Shown one piece after another: positions 1 through 11,370 of a stretch of DNA of 57,569 nt. The position numbers were made by a program, and so were the translations under genes. Each line of letters opens with the position of its first letter. Positions within the stretch are counted from its first letter, which is position 1. Source of the stretch: Octopus sinensis (taxonomy: Eukaryota); the NCBI RefSeq assembly GCF_006345805.1, contig NW_021833634.1, positions 1 through 57,569 of the forward strand. Reading direction: 5' to 3'. Under the pieces are notes generated by a model that searched no databases, was not told the DNA's origin, and saw only the letters and a program-made list of their open reading frames with translations.

Positions 1-117
1 TAATATATATCTATATATATATATATATAATATAGATATTATAGATATAATATATATCTATTATATATATACCTATTATATCTATATATATATTATATAT
101 ATTATATCTATATAATA

Positions 118-437
118 TTATTCTTTGTAAGCCAGTACTTATTCTATCGGTCTCTTTGCCGAACCGCTAAGTGACGGGGATGTTGTCCAGCAATGCTAGG
201 GGGACAAACACAGACACCAAACACACACACCACATACATATATATATAATATATACATACATACATATATACGACAGGCTTCTTTCAGTTTCCGTCTACC
301 AAATCCACTCACAAGGCATTGGTCGGCCTGGGGCTATAGCAGAAGACACTTGCCCAAGATGCCATGCAGTGGGACTGAACCCGGAACCATGTGGTTGGTT
401 AGGAAGCTACTTACCACACAGCCACTCCTGCGCCTAT
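118..437 (-). mobile_element. tRNA-derived SINE (family 1), 3'-truncated
   Basis: Minus strand starts ATAGGCGCAGGAGTGGCTGTGTGGTAAG (A-box-like) ... GGTTCAGTCCC (B-box-like); same body at 47913-48325, 15788-15920 and 18120-18338. Confidence 0.85.
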
Positions 438-450
438 GTATATATATATA

Positions 451-825
451 TCTATATATATAAAACTGTAGTTGTGTGAGTGTCTGTCTCCTACGATTTA
501 GATTCCTAACTACTCCCACATTTTGCGGTGCAGTCGTGATTCATATCGAGCCCTTCTGGGTATTAGCACGCGTCTACGATGAGTCTACGATTTAAAAAAT
601 AATTTACCATAATTTTTTTCCATTTTAATGCATTTTTTTTGCTATTATATAAGGGAAGTAACTCTCTAAAAATGTCTACGATGAGTCAACGATTTAAAAA
701 AAATTTACTATAATTTGTTTTTCATTTTTAATGTATTTTTTTGCTATTTTTTGGCTATAACTCTCTAAAAATGCTTTATAGTTATTTCCCTTACAAACCC
801 GAGCAACGCCGGGCAATACTGCTAG
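451..825 (+). mobile_element. Non-autonomous Helitron (family A), complete
   Basis: A|TCTATATATATAAAAC 5' end at 451; GC-rich hairpin CCCGAGCAACGCCGGG at 798-813; CTAG|T at 822-825; no TSD; the 3' ~310 bp recur inverted at 49581-49880. Confidence 0.85.
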
Positions 826-1172
826 TTATATATATAAATTAAATTAGAGATAAAACCACTATTAGGCAACTCAAACAGTGATAGACATAAACCAAAACAT
901 GAAAAACAAAAAATAAATATAATTATAAGTTATGACACGACTTTGGAAATCTAAGTAAACCATTTCTATTTAAGATTTTAAAGTATTTTAATAACTTTTA
1001 TTGTATTATATTGTATACTATGTAACTACTGATTGTTAATATCATTCTATAATCATTTAGTTTTTGAAGATGTGTATTTCATAATTAGATTATAACTCTA
1101 CGTTATTTGTAAAATATTACTTAGCCAAAGAGATATATAGATCGTAAATAGTTATACCGTGTTTTAAAGTTA

Positions 1173-2464
1173 CGAGGGGCGTTCAATAAGTAATGCCTCT
1201 GACCCACTTGCAGTTGTTTGATCTAGCTGAAAATTTACATGTGCAATTATTCATATCTCTATAGATTAGGTGGCAAATTACAGCTCTGAACTAATTTTGG
1301 TTTCTCATATACAGGTGTTTGAACTGAGTCAAGTATGAAATGGAGCCTGTTGAGTGTCGAGCAGTGATCCGGTTTTTGTATTTGAAAGGACGCACACCAC
1401 GGGAGACTTTTGATGAAATGAAAGTAACTTATGGTGATGATGCCCCATCATATGACCTTGTAAAACGCTGGCATCGTGAATTCAAACATGGTTGGAACTC
1501 TGTGGAAACAGCTCCCAGATCTGGTCGCCCCCCTTCTGCCATTGATGAGGCATCTGTCCGTCAAGTTGAGGCTGCCATTTTGGAAGATCAACGCATAACT
1601 ATTTGCCAAATAGCCCATGAGGTCAAGTTTAGTACCGGGTCTGTGGAAACTATCATTCATGACCATTTGCATATGCAAAAGGTGTCTGCCAGATGGATTC
1701 CCAGGTTGCTCACGCCTTTCCAGAAGCAAGAACGCGTCGAGTGCTCGAGGATGAATTTGGAGATGTGCCAAGAAGATGAGTCAAAATTTTTCAAAAGACT
1801 AATTACACAGGATGAAACCTGGGTCCATCACTATGATCCAGAGACCAAAGCCCAGTCAATGCAGTGGAAGCATCATGATTCACCTCCTCCAAAGAAGGCA
1901 AGGGTGCAGCCCTCCGCTGGCAAGGTCATGCTCACAGTCTTCTGGGACCAGGACGGAGTAATGATGACAGATTTCCTGGCAAAGAGTACCACAATTACAG
2001 GAGCCTATTATGCTTCACTTTTGAGGAAATTAAGAGAAGTTATCAAAATCAAGAGGCGGGGCAAGATCAGCAAAGGCATCCTCCTCCTGCAGGACAACGC
2101 TCTGGTCTACAACTCGTGTGTCGCCAGAGCAGAAGCACAGGCGTGCGGCTATGAACTCATCCCCCATCCCCCTACTCTCCTGACCTTGCACCCTCTGATT
2201 TTCACCTCTTCCCAGCCATGAAGTTGTTTTTGAAAGGAAAGCGTTTCCCAGATGATGCAGCCTTGATTTCTGAAGTCACGTCGTGGTTGGAGGACCAAGC
2301 TGGGGTCTTCTACAAAAACGGTCTCCAGAGTTGCATCAAACGATGGGAGAAATGTGTAACTCTGAGTGGTTCCTATGTAGAAAAAGACTAATAACTGTGC
2401 CAAGTTTCGTTGCTCTAGTGCTATGGGAAGTGGGTCAGGGGCATTACTTATTGAACGCCCCTCG
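1173..2464 (+). mobile_element. Mariner (DD34D) DNA transposon, full length, 1292 bp
   Basis: 37-bp TIRs CGAGGGGCGTTCAATAAGTAATGCC(T/C)CTGACCCACTT with 1 mismatch; TA TSD at 1171-1172 and 2465-2466. Confidence 0.97.
1340..2391 (+). pseudogene. Mariner transposase with one frameshift (irritans-subfamily-like by recall)
   Basis: WIPRLL, QDETW, HHYDPE and QDNA motifs. A 1-bp loss near 2170 moves PYSPDLAPSDFHLF...GSYVEKD* into another frame (stop 2389-2391). After repair, 34 residues separate the 2nd and 3rd Asp. Confidence 0.93.
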
Positions 2465-2641
2465 TAGGTCACTAGTTTATAATTTGATTTTAATCTTCAA
2501 TTTTTTATTGCATCTTAATAATATATTATATTAATATTTAACATTTATGTAAGTTGTATTTGATTAATTAATTTATTTTTTATTATATGTCTATATATTT
2601 ATTGATAGCGTAGATTTTAGATTTTAATTTGTTTTTATTTG

Positions 2642-3060
2642 TTGATAATAATTTAGTTATTATTTTTTAAATATTTTATAATTATTAGATGTGAACTTAA
2701 ATCTAAAAATATGAATATTATTTAGTTAAATAATTTGGTAATTAAATATTGGAATATAACTAAGTTAAAGATATTCATGAGTTTATTATGTTTTTTAAAG
2801 CCATATTGTATCTTCATAGATATCTCTAATAGTGACTTTGTTCTCATTATCTATTATAATTAAAATATAGCCATTTTTTGATAATAATTCAGTTATTATT
2901 TTTAAATATTTTATAATTATTAGATGTGAACTTAAATTTAAAAATATGAATAGTGATTATTTTGTTAAATAATTTGGTAATTAGATATTGGACTATAACT
3001 GAGTTAAGGATATTCGTGAGTTTATTATGTTTTTTAAAGCCATATTATATCTTAATAGAT
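2642..3060. repeat. Diverged AT-rich tandem duplication, period ~236 bp
   Basis: TTGATAATAATT.AGTTATTATTTTT..AATATTTTATAATTATTAGATGTGAACTTAAA...AAAGCCATATT starts at both 2642 and 2878. Confidence 0.75.
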
Positions 3061-3254
3061 AAATACATTTTTCTATCTATTTTTTCACCTTAAAAATTAA
3101 TATTTAACATAATAAATGGGTTATATGACATAATCCTAATGTTTTAAATTTCTAATTTAGATAATAGTTTTTTTTTATAAGAAAAATTATTCTTTTATTT
3201 ATTTCTTTAAAAATATTGTTTAACTCTATTTGCTTATTTATTTAACTATTATCA

Positions 3255-3344
3255 TTAACCTGAAGATTGACTATAATTTTAATTCGAATTTTCAATTGAA
3301 TTTAAACTTAATTGTAATTATAGCCATGAAAAGTACGTAGTGTT
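3255..3344 (+). ncRNA. Degenerate type I hammerhead motif, long stem II (family C)
   Basis: CTGAAGA 3260-3266; TGACTATAATT...AATTATAGCCA stem II; GAAA-A-GTAC-GTA 3328-3339. C15.2 is changed and stem I is weak. Paralog at 28818. Confidence 0.5.
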
Positions 3345-3656
3345 TTTACTTATTATATTATCCTTAAGAATTCTTTAAAATGTTTTAGCCCGAAGGCCGC
3401 GGCCATGCTGGGGAACCATTTAACTTTTTTATACTTTTTGGTTAGTTATAAAAAAAATTAAGAATTTAAAATTTTATATATATATTATATTAACTATATT
3501 TACTTTTTGTTTTTTATGTTTTGCTTTATGTCTACCACGGTTTGAGTTGCCTAATAGTGGTTTTATCTCTAATTTAATTTATATTTTACTGCGAAATTTG
3601 ATTTAATCCTAAATCTAATTTTCCATGTAAGTTTGGATATACTCCCTAATATTATT

Positions 3657-3719
<63 letters not shown>

Positions 3720-3771
3720 TATATATGTTACATATATATATATATATATATATACAATATATATGCTATAT

Positions 3772-4300
3772 ATACTTCCAGTTGCATAAAAGAAAGACGT
3801 GTTTTTTGTTCTCCTGAAACAACCAAAAAGGGGTTGCATAAATCAACGAAATAATCTGCTAAAATTGACAAAAACGTAGAACTTGTTATCTCATAATGGT
3901 CTACTTTAATATATTAATTAAAAACCGTAATATATTTCGCTACAAGTTGAATATAATATATTAAAGTCAGTTATGCATGCAAGAGTTTTCGGCGAAAAAG
4001 CACATGGTTGCAAATCGTACTTTGATTTCTAGCCGACTGTACGAAGCAAAAAGAATTGTTTTCTTTTTTGAAACAAAACTTCTTCATACAAGAACAACGA
4101 TTTGGAATTTTACTTCTTGTGAATAAGTATCCTTTTCATTTGTTTATTTTCCTTTAATTTAAAGTAACATTTGAGTTACGACTTCAGCTTTGTTTACTTT
4201 CTGAGAATAATTTTCTTTCAACTTCTATTACAGCGTCCACTTCGCCTTCAATCTATTTGAAAACTAAAAATCACGAAACCCCTTTCTTTACGCTATCATT
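3772..4300 (+). mobile_element. 5' non-coding fragment related to the PLE at 44640-47785
   Basis: Diverged reverse complement of 47180-47785 (e.g. GAACTTGTTAT.TCATAATGGTCTACT; GGAATTTTAC.TCTTG.GAATAAGTA). Confidence 0.7.
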
Positions 4301-4869
4301 CCTTTTTTCACTTCATCTCTTTAAAATTATTTAGAATTATAAATCATATTTAGAATTGCATATTGTTTTTCGTTTCCCTACACATTTTGGTACCTACTCT
4401 CACTATCTTCATATCTACCTCTACCTCTCTCCTCCCTTACATATATTCCTCCCTTTCCTGCTCCTCCTCTTTTCTCACTTCTCTTTCCTTTCCCTCTCAG
4501 AACATCTACCTCTCCTCCTGTCACCCCACCCTCTCCCTCACATACTTCTCATTTGCCCCTTCTTCTCATTCTGTTTCTCCCTCTCTCTCACATCCTTCAT
4601 CCTTTCCTGTCTCTCCCTCACTGTCTCTCTTTCTCTTCCTCTCCTCTCCCTCACTGTTTCTCTTTCTCTCCCCTTCCTCTGTCACTCTAGCATGCCACAC
4701 CCCTTGCTTTCCTCATATCACCCTCTCTATTTCCTTCATAGCACCTCTCCCTTTCCTTCATATCTCCCTCTCTTTTTCCCTATTTCCCCTTCTGTGTTTC
4801 TTCTCTACCTCCCTCTATCTCTCACTATCTCTCTAGCCTCTACTCCCTCTCTGGGCTTAAAAAAAGAAG

Positions 4870-5829
4870 ATGGCACGAAAGTGGGAGAAGAAAGAATTAA
4901 ATCTTCTGCTGCGAGCATGGATGATTGCTAGTGGTGATCTGCCAAACAACATCATTACTGCTGCACTAAAGAACAATGGCTTTCACAGAACCATTGACCA
5001 GATAGAGGAGAAGAGTGAGTTCATTTGGTCTTATATGCTTATAAGACCACACTTTAACACCTTGGATGACATAATCGAAAATAATTGTGGCAAGGCTGAT
5101 AAGGATGGAGAAGATGAAAAAGAAAAGGAAACAAAACCCGGAAGTCTCTGTAATCCAGGTTCCTCAAGAGAATGGATCATCCACCCCGGTGAATGACCAG
5201 GCAGAAAAGGATAGGGGAGCCAAGGAAGGAGTAACTGGAAACCCCCATGTGCCAGTGGTCCTACAAAGGAACGGAGCCCTAATCCCATTAGAAAACCAAA
5301 AGAAAAAAGTTCCCACCAAAAGAAAAGGAGGAACGGAAAACAAAAATAAAGAAGGTAAAGAAGGAAAGGAAGAAAAATGAAAAAGCAAAAGAACCAAAAC
5401 CAAAACACCAACCCACCAAACAAACAATAGAAAACCCCATAAAGGATCCACTGCCATCCAAAACCCTACATGAAAGAAATCTGGAAGGCACCCAAGACCA
5501 GCAAATTTTACCTGCAAGGCAAATATTGGCATGGGGAGGACGGCAAAAACTGCTAGTTTGCCCACCCGACACCCTGCCAGAACTACAGGGGCCTTAAAGA
5601 GAAAAACTACACTGTGGAAAGACAACAAATGTCTCCAAGGAAAACATTCAGAAAAGAAGTGTGCTCCTCAGATGTTCTGCACAACGCAGCAGCTGAGCAA
5701 GAGTCTTTTTTGTGCATGGCACAAGGGATTCTACAGCAGCTGACCTTGCTACACCAAGCACAAACAAGGAACTTTGCCCACCACTATGCAGAACCACCAC
5801 AGTCAACAGACACGGGTTGGCTTCCCTAA
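4870..5829 (+). pseudogene. LINE ORF1 remnant: Myb/SANT-like N-terminus, Lys-rich linker, decayed CCCH fingers
   Basis: RKWEKKELNLLLRAW...IITAALKNNGFHRTIDQIEEK; TCKAKYWHGEDGKNC*FAHPTPC near 5510-5580; aligns by eye with 56741-57352. Confidence 0.65.
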
Positions 5830-8640
5830 CACCTGAACAGTCGTCACCCCAATACTTTTACTAAATATTGGGGACCTGCTGCATCATAATAAAAACAAAA
5901 TTTCTTTCCTGAGAGATCTCACTGCATGCAATCAAGCACTATGCATAGCACTCATGGAAACTCACCTCAGCCCTGATATAGAGGATGCAGAAGTACACAT
6001 ACCAAACTATGCCATGCTGCGAACAGACAGAAATGAAAGGAGCCATGGTGGAGTGGCTGTATACATCCGTGATGACCTCACACCCCAGGTCTTACTATCG
6101 TACTCATATTCAGTATGTGACACTCTAATTGTATACGTAAGACAACACAATATAGTCATATGCAATACATATTGCCCACCGGATGCTCCAAACCACATAG
6201 GCAAGTTTGAAGATTGCCTCACAAGAATTAAAGAAATCCTCATGAATCTGGAACAACACATGACCATATTTCTTATGGGTGATTTCAACTTACCCAATGT
6301 CAAATGGCCCGAAGGTCTCATACTCTCAGGAATGACTCATTGCAAGCAAGCACAGGTGGGAGTCCCTGCTCAACCTCACCAATGCCTTATTCATGGAGCA
6401 AGCTGTACTCAGACCAACTAGGGCATATAACATTCTAGATCTCTGCTTCACAAACAACATGGACATCATTCATGATGTGAAAGTGACACCGACATTAGTC
6501 TCGGATCACAACATAATAGAGCTGTCTATGTTTGGGCCGAAAGTAACCAGAGACATACAGCCTAAAGGAAGCACCCAAAATCTCTCCAATCTCAACTTCC
6601 ACAAAGCAGATTGGAAATCAATCCAAAAAGAGATCCTCAGAGAGGACTGGCCGAAATGTCTTTCCACACCAGACATTGACGTGAAACTAGAATGTTTCAT
6701 GTCTGATGTGCAAGCCATATGCTAGAAATATGTTCCAGAGCACGAGTCCAAAACAAATAGGAGCAAGATTCCAAGGGAGAGGAAGATCCCCATGAGACGA
6801 TGGATGAGGGTTGCAAATTCCCTCAACCAACATCCCAAAACTAGCGAAACGTCCCGCATAAAAACAACACTGATGGAGATCGAAAAAAGGCTGCAACAAT
6901 CCTATGTGAGGGAGAAAGCAGACAAAGAAGCCTGGGTTATAAAAACATTAAGTCAAATCCAAAGGCCTTCTTTCATTATGCGAAACAGCCTCAGTACGCT
7001 GCAAAACAGGACCCCCTCCTCCAAAAGGATGGCTCCCTCACAGACAGTCCAACTAAGATCAGTGAGATACTGAATGACCAGTTCAAAAGTGTATTTACTA
7101 TTCCGTTGAAGCGCAGACAAGTGAACAAACCAGTGAGCTTCTTTGCTGCCTCACCTATAACCAGCGAGGCAGTAACAATGGAATATATTGACATTAGCGA
7201 GAAGACATACTACTAGCCATAGATGAAGTGGACACAAACTCAACTGCTGGACCTCAAAGCGTGTAAGCATACACTGGCAAAACCCCTCCAGATTCTCTTC
7301 CAGAGCTTTCTTACAAATGGCAAACTGCTAAGCAAGCTGAAGGGGGGAATAATATGCCCAATACATAAAGGAGGTAGAGCAGATGCCAAAAACGATAGGC
7401 CTATCGCTCTGACTTCACACATCAGCAAAGTCATGGAACGGATAGTCAGAGAGAAACTAATCACATTCCTTGAAGAAAATAAGTTGCTGAGTGTGATACC
7501 CAGCATGGTTTTCATCCAGGTAGGAGCTGCCTGACCCAGCTCTTACAACATTATGATTGGGTGTTGAGGCAGTTACTCAACAAATCAAATGTGGACGTAA
7601 TATACCTTGATTTTGCAAAAGCTTTTGACATGGTGGATCATGGTATATGCTACAAAGTGCGTGATCTTGGCATAGCTGAAAAACTTGGAGAGTGGTTACA
7701 TGACTTCCTGAAAGATAGGAGTCAGACAGTAGTGGCGAATGGAGCCACCTCTATGAATACACAAATAAATAGTGAGCAGTGTGCCACAGGGCACTGTCTT
7801 GGAACCACTGCTTTTTATAGTGGCCCTCACAGATATGCCCTCAAGTGCCCGGATAGCCACCCTTGCAAGCTATGAAGATGATGCGAAAGTCTTTCAGAAA
7901 ACTCCAGTGATGTTGCACACCTGCAACAGGAGTTGGATTTGATTTACAGATGGGATGAGGATAATAATATGCAGTTTAATGCTGAAAAATTCCAAGCCCT
8001 GCATTACCAGCATCCAAAACTGAATATGAAACTTACAGGGTACACCGGTCCAAGTGCACATTACCAGGATGGTGACAAAGTGCAGATGACTGGCTCGGTG
8101 GATCCTAAGAACATTCAGAACCTGAGATAAGGAAACCATGATGGTCCTCTGGTGGACATTCGTCCTCAGCCACCTGGGTTACTGCTCACAGCTATGGTCA
8201 CCCACCAGTGTGAAATTAACAGCGGACCTTGAAACAATCCATAGAAGATTCACAAAGAAGATCGTCTCTTTGCAACAACTCAGCTACTGGGAAAGGTTGA
8301 AACAGCTAAGAATCTACTCCCTGGAGAGAAAACAGGAGAGGTATGCAGTAATATATGTCTGGAAGATCCTGGAAGGAATTGTGCTAAATTTTGGCATTGA
8401 AAGCTACACCAATGCCAGAACGGGATGACACTGCATAGTGCCAAAGATCCCAGCAATGCCATCACGCTTCAGAACCAGTTACTGCAACAGCCTGGGTTTC
8501 AAGGGCCCACAACTTTTTAATATTCTCCCAAAGAGTCTGAGGAACTTGCACAAAGTAGATGTAGGGGTTTTTAAATCAAAGCGGACCTCTTCCTGTCAAG
8601 AGTCCCAGATGAGCCTACCTCACAGCAAAAGGTGAAATAA
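5830..8640 (+). pseudogene. LINE ORF2 remnant (AP endonuclease + reverse transcriptase), many frameshifts and stops
   Basis: ETHL, RTDR..GGVAVY, GDFNLP, LDLCFT, SDHN (APE); RPIALTSHISKVMERIV, YLDFAKAFD.VDH, YEDD (RT); SHLGYCSQLWSP and LYSLE.R-like C-terminus. Confidence 0.93.
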
Positions 8641-8806
8641 GGGTAGCTATATCAAACTACATTCTTCACCAAGTGCCACATATAAGAGGAGGCTCTTAAT
8701 AATAACAGTGTAGCAAAACTGCGGTACATCAGCATGGCCGCAGCGCTGAGCTGAAACTAGAGAGAAAAAAAAGAATAATATGTGTGTGTATATATATATA
8801 TATATA

Positions 8807-10438
8807 CTAGCTGAAGGTGACCCGCTCTACGCGCGGGTAAGTGTGTGGTTGTTACTTTCTGTTGCTTCCTTTCAGCACGTAAAAAGCACCATCCAAACGT
8901 GGCGGAATGCAGCGCCACCTTGACTGGCTTCTGTGCTGGTGGCACGTAAAAAGCACCAACTGATCGTGGCCGCTGCCAGCCCCCTTGGCACCTGTGCTGG
9001 CGGCACGAAAAAGCACCCACTACGCTCACAGAGTGGTTGGCGTTAGGAAGGGCATCCACCCGTAGAAACACTGCCAGATCAGACTGGAGCCTGGTGCAGC
9101 CTCCTGGCTTCCCAGACCCCTGTCAAACTGTCAAACCCGTGCTAGCACAGAAAACGGACGTTAAACGATGATGATGATGATGATTCTCCCTCTTTGTTTC
9201 TCTCTCCTTTCTCTCTCACTTTCCCACTATCTTACTCTTCCTTTCTCTCAGACTCTCCCTCGCTTTCTCTTACTCTCTATCTTTATCTATCTCTCTCCCA
9301 TTTATAAACAACAAAAGATCTTGAGTAAGTTGAGAAATAAAATATTTAGAAAGATCAATCATAAATATCAGGCAGTAACAAGGGAAAGGTCTGCTTCAAG
9401 GCAGACAGCAAAATACTATCTCTGTCACATTCATACGCTACACATGCCTTTCTCGCTTGTTTTCCATGCTCAGTGTGCCCTTGTAAACACAACTCATCTC
9501 TGTAAGACCCTAGGTCGGTCACGCATACATAGAGAAAGTTGTTTGTCCCTTACAACGCGCCAGCATGCCACACTTTTGTTCCTGCACGACCGAGGCATAT
9601 AATAGCTCAAGCACTGGCTGGCAGCCTCAGCCTTACCGCAATAATCACTAGGATATTCAATACTGTACACTGTATTTCAGCCTAGCAAGCCCTATTGCAC
9701 TCATGCACCTCTGTTCTGCATGTGTACTCCCTTGTTTTGCAACACGTCTGCGTCAGCTCAATTCTTCTCCCGACTCAAAGCACTTCGGATGTTCACATGC
9801 GCTGCGCTCATGTTTAGGCATAATTTCCCCCTGTTGGTCATGTAATTAACAGAGAAAATTATCTGTCTCGCACCCAAGTTGCACCCAAAAAGTGTAAAGA
9901 AGCAACCAGTTCCCTTTACGTAACTATCAAAAAGTATTAAAAAGTTTAATTTACATAAATACAGATATATACACTTTGTATATATACATTATATATACAT
10001 AGTTATATATAGAACACACACACACATGTATATAAATGCTCGTTGGTGTGTTCTGTTTGTATTTGGTCGATGGGCGCATTGACAGGTAGACAATAGAATG
10101 CAGTGGCGATGGAGATGGAATATTTGTTTCTCTGTATGAGAAACATGAGTAAAAATTATGGGAAGCTAAGAGATAGAGTGGGTGAAAATGTTCTTACATT
10201 AAATAACAGGAGTGGACTAAATGAAGGGGAGTAAGAGAGGGAAAGGAGGAAATAGCGTGAGTGGGGAAGATGGCCCCTAGCAACCACACCTTTTAAGATA
10301 GGGATTTCTAAAGTAGCTCACTGGCATCGTCACCTCATTCTACATGTCCCTGTAAATTTTGGAGTGAATCGGACGGGTCGTAGTGGCATTGAAAGCGATC
10401 CAAGCGGTAAAAACGCATTTCAGTTTTATATATAGAGA
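8807..10438 (-). mobile_element. Non-autonomous Helitron (family B), copy 1 of a head-to-tail dimer
   Basis: Minus strand: 5' TCTCTATATATAAAACTGAAATGCG at 10438; 3' hairpin ACCCGC-GCGTAGA-GCGGGT then CTAG|T at 8807-8810. Confidence 0.85.
8875..9184 (+). mobile_element. RTE LINE 3' UTR fragment inside the Helitron
   Basis: GCACGTAAAAAGCACC repeats, GGAAGGGCATCC..GTAGAAAC core, ends GTTAAAC(GAT)n; same tail follows the RT ORFs at 13836 and 56006. Confidence 0.85.
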
Positions 10439-11370
10439 CTAGCTGAAAGTGACCCGCTCTACGTGCGGGTAAGAGTGTGGTTGTTACTTTCTGTTGCTTC
10501 CTTTCAGCATGTAAAAAGCACCATCCGAACGTGGCCGATTGCAGCGCCGCCTTGACTGGCTTCTGAGCCAGTGGCACGTAAAAAGCACCAACTGATCGTT
10601 GCCGCTGCGAGCCCCCCTGGCACGAAAAAAACACCCACTACACTCACAGAGTGGTTGGCGTACTTTTCTTTTCTCTCGGACTCTCCCTCGCTTTCTCTTA
10701 CTCTCTATCTTTATCTATCTCTCTCCCATTTATAAGCAACAAAAGATCTTGAGTAAGTTGAGAAATAAAATATTTAGAAAGATCAATCATAAATATCAGG
10801 CAGTGGCAAAGGAAAGGTCTGCTTCAAGGCAGACAGCAAAACGCTAACATTTAAAAGGGACAGACGAACTTGCGAGCTGAATAAAAATAAAATATTGGAA
10901 AGCAAAGTTTGAAGGGATAGAATCTGAGGATAGTAGAGTCACCATGACTGGCATTTCTTAACGACGGACAGCAACGTATTGACAGTTTAACGGCTGGCGT
11001 AAATTTTGAACTTGATGTAAAAGAAAATTCGTAAACACCAAGTTTTGAAGTGATTCTTTCTCACGACAGGAGACTCACCATGGTAAGCATTCAAAACCTC
11101 TTCATCATGGACGGCAACACATTGAAGATTAAAAGGCTGGCGCAAATTTTTTAGCTTGATGTAACAGAGAATTCCTAAATACTCGCTCCTTTAAATTTTA
11201 ATCCCCTTCCAGCCCCATTTATACCCCTTTTCACCTTTTGGTTGATATAACCCGATTTCATTCGGGTCTACTGGGGCCACATTTTATAAGATGAGGAATT
11301 TTGTCCTAGAGGTCACGCCTTTCATTTAAGGAAAAAAATAGTTGTCATGCAAACTTGCCAGCACTTTTAA

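Larger units (their letters stand above)
4870..8775 (+). mobile_element. CR1/Jockey-group LINE, near full length, decayed
   Basis: ORF1 remnant, then APE + RT remnants, then 3' stem-loop tail CAGCATGGCCGCAGCGCTGAGCTGAAACTAG and an A-rich end. The CT-rich tract 4380-4850 upstream may be 5' UTR. Confidence 0.9.

Noticed and set aside
1448-1771. Antisense and alternate-frame ORFs over TEs (also 5031-5628, 21084-21455, 29641-30470, 54365-55901)
   Set aside because: Shadow ORFs of transposase/RT sequence or of repeats; no independent support.
4356-4931. Leu/Ser-rich ORFs of 157-191 aa
   Set aside because: Product of a CT-rich low-complexity tract; no domain signal.
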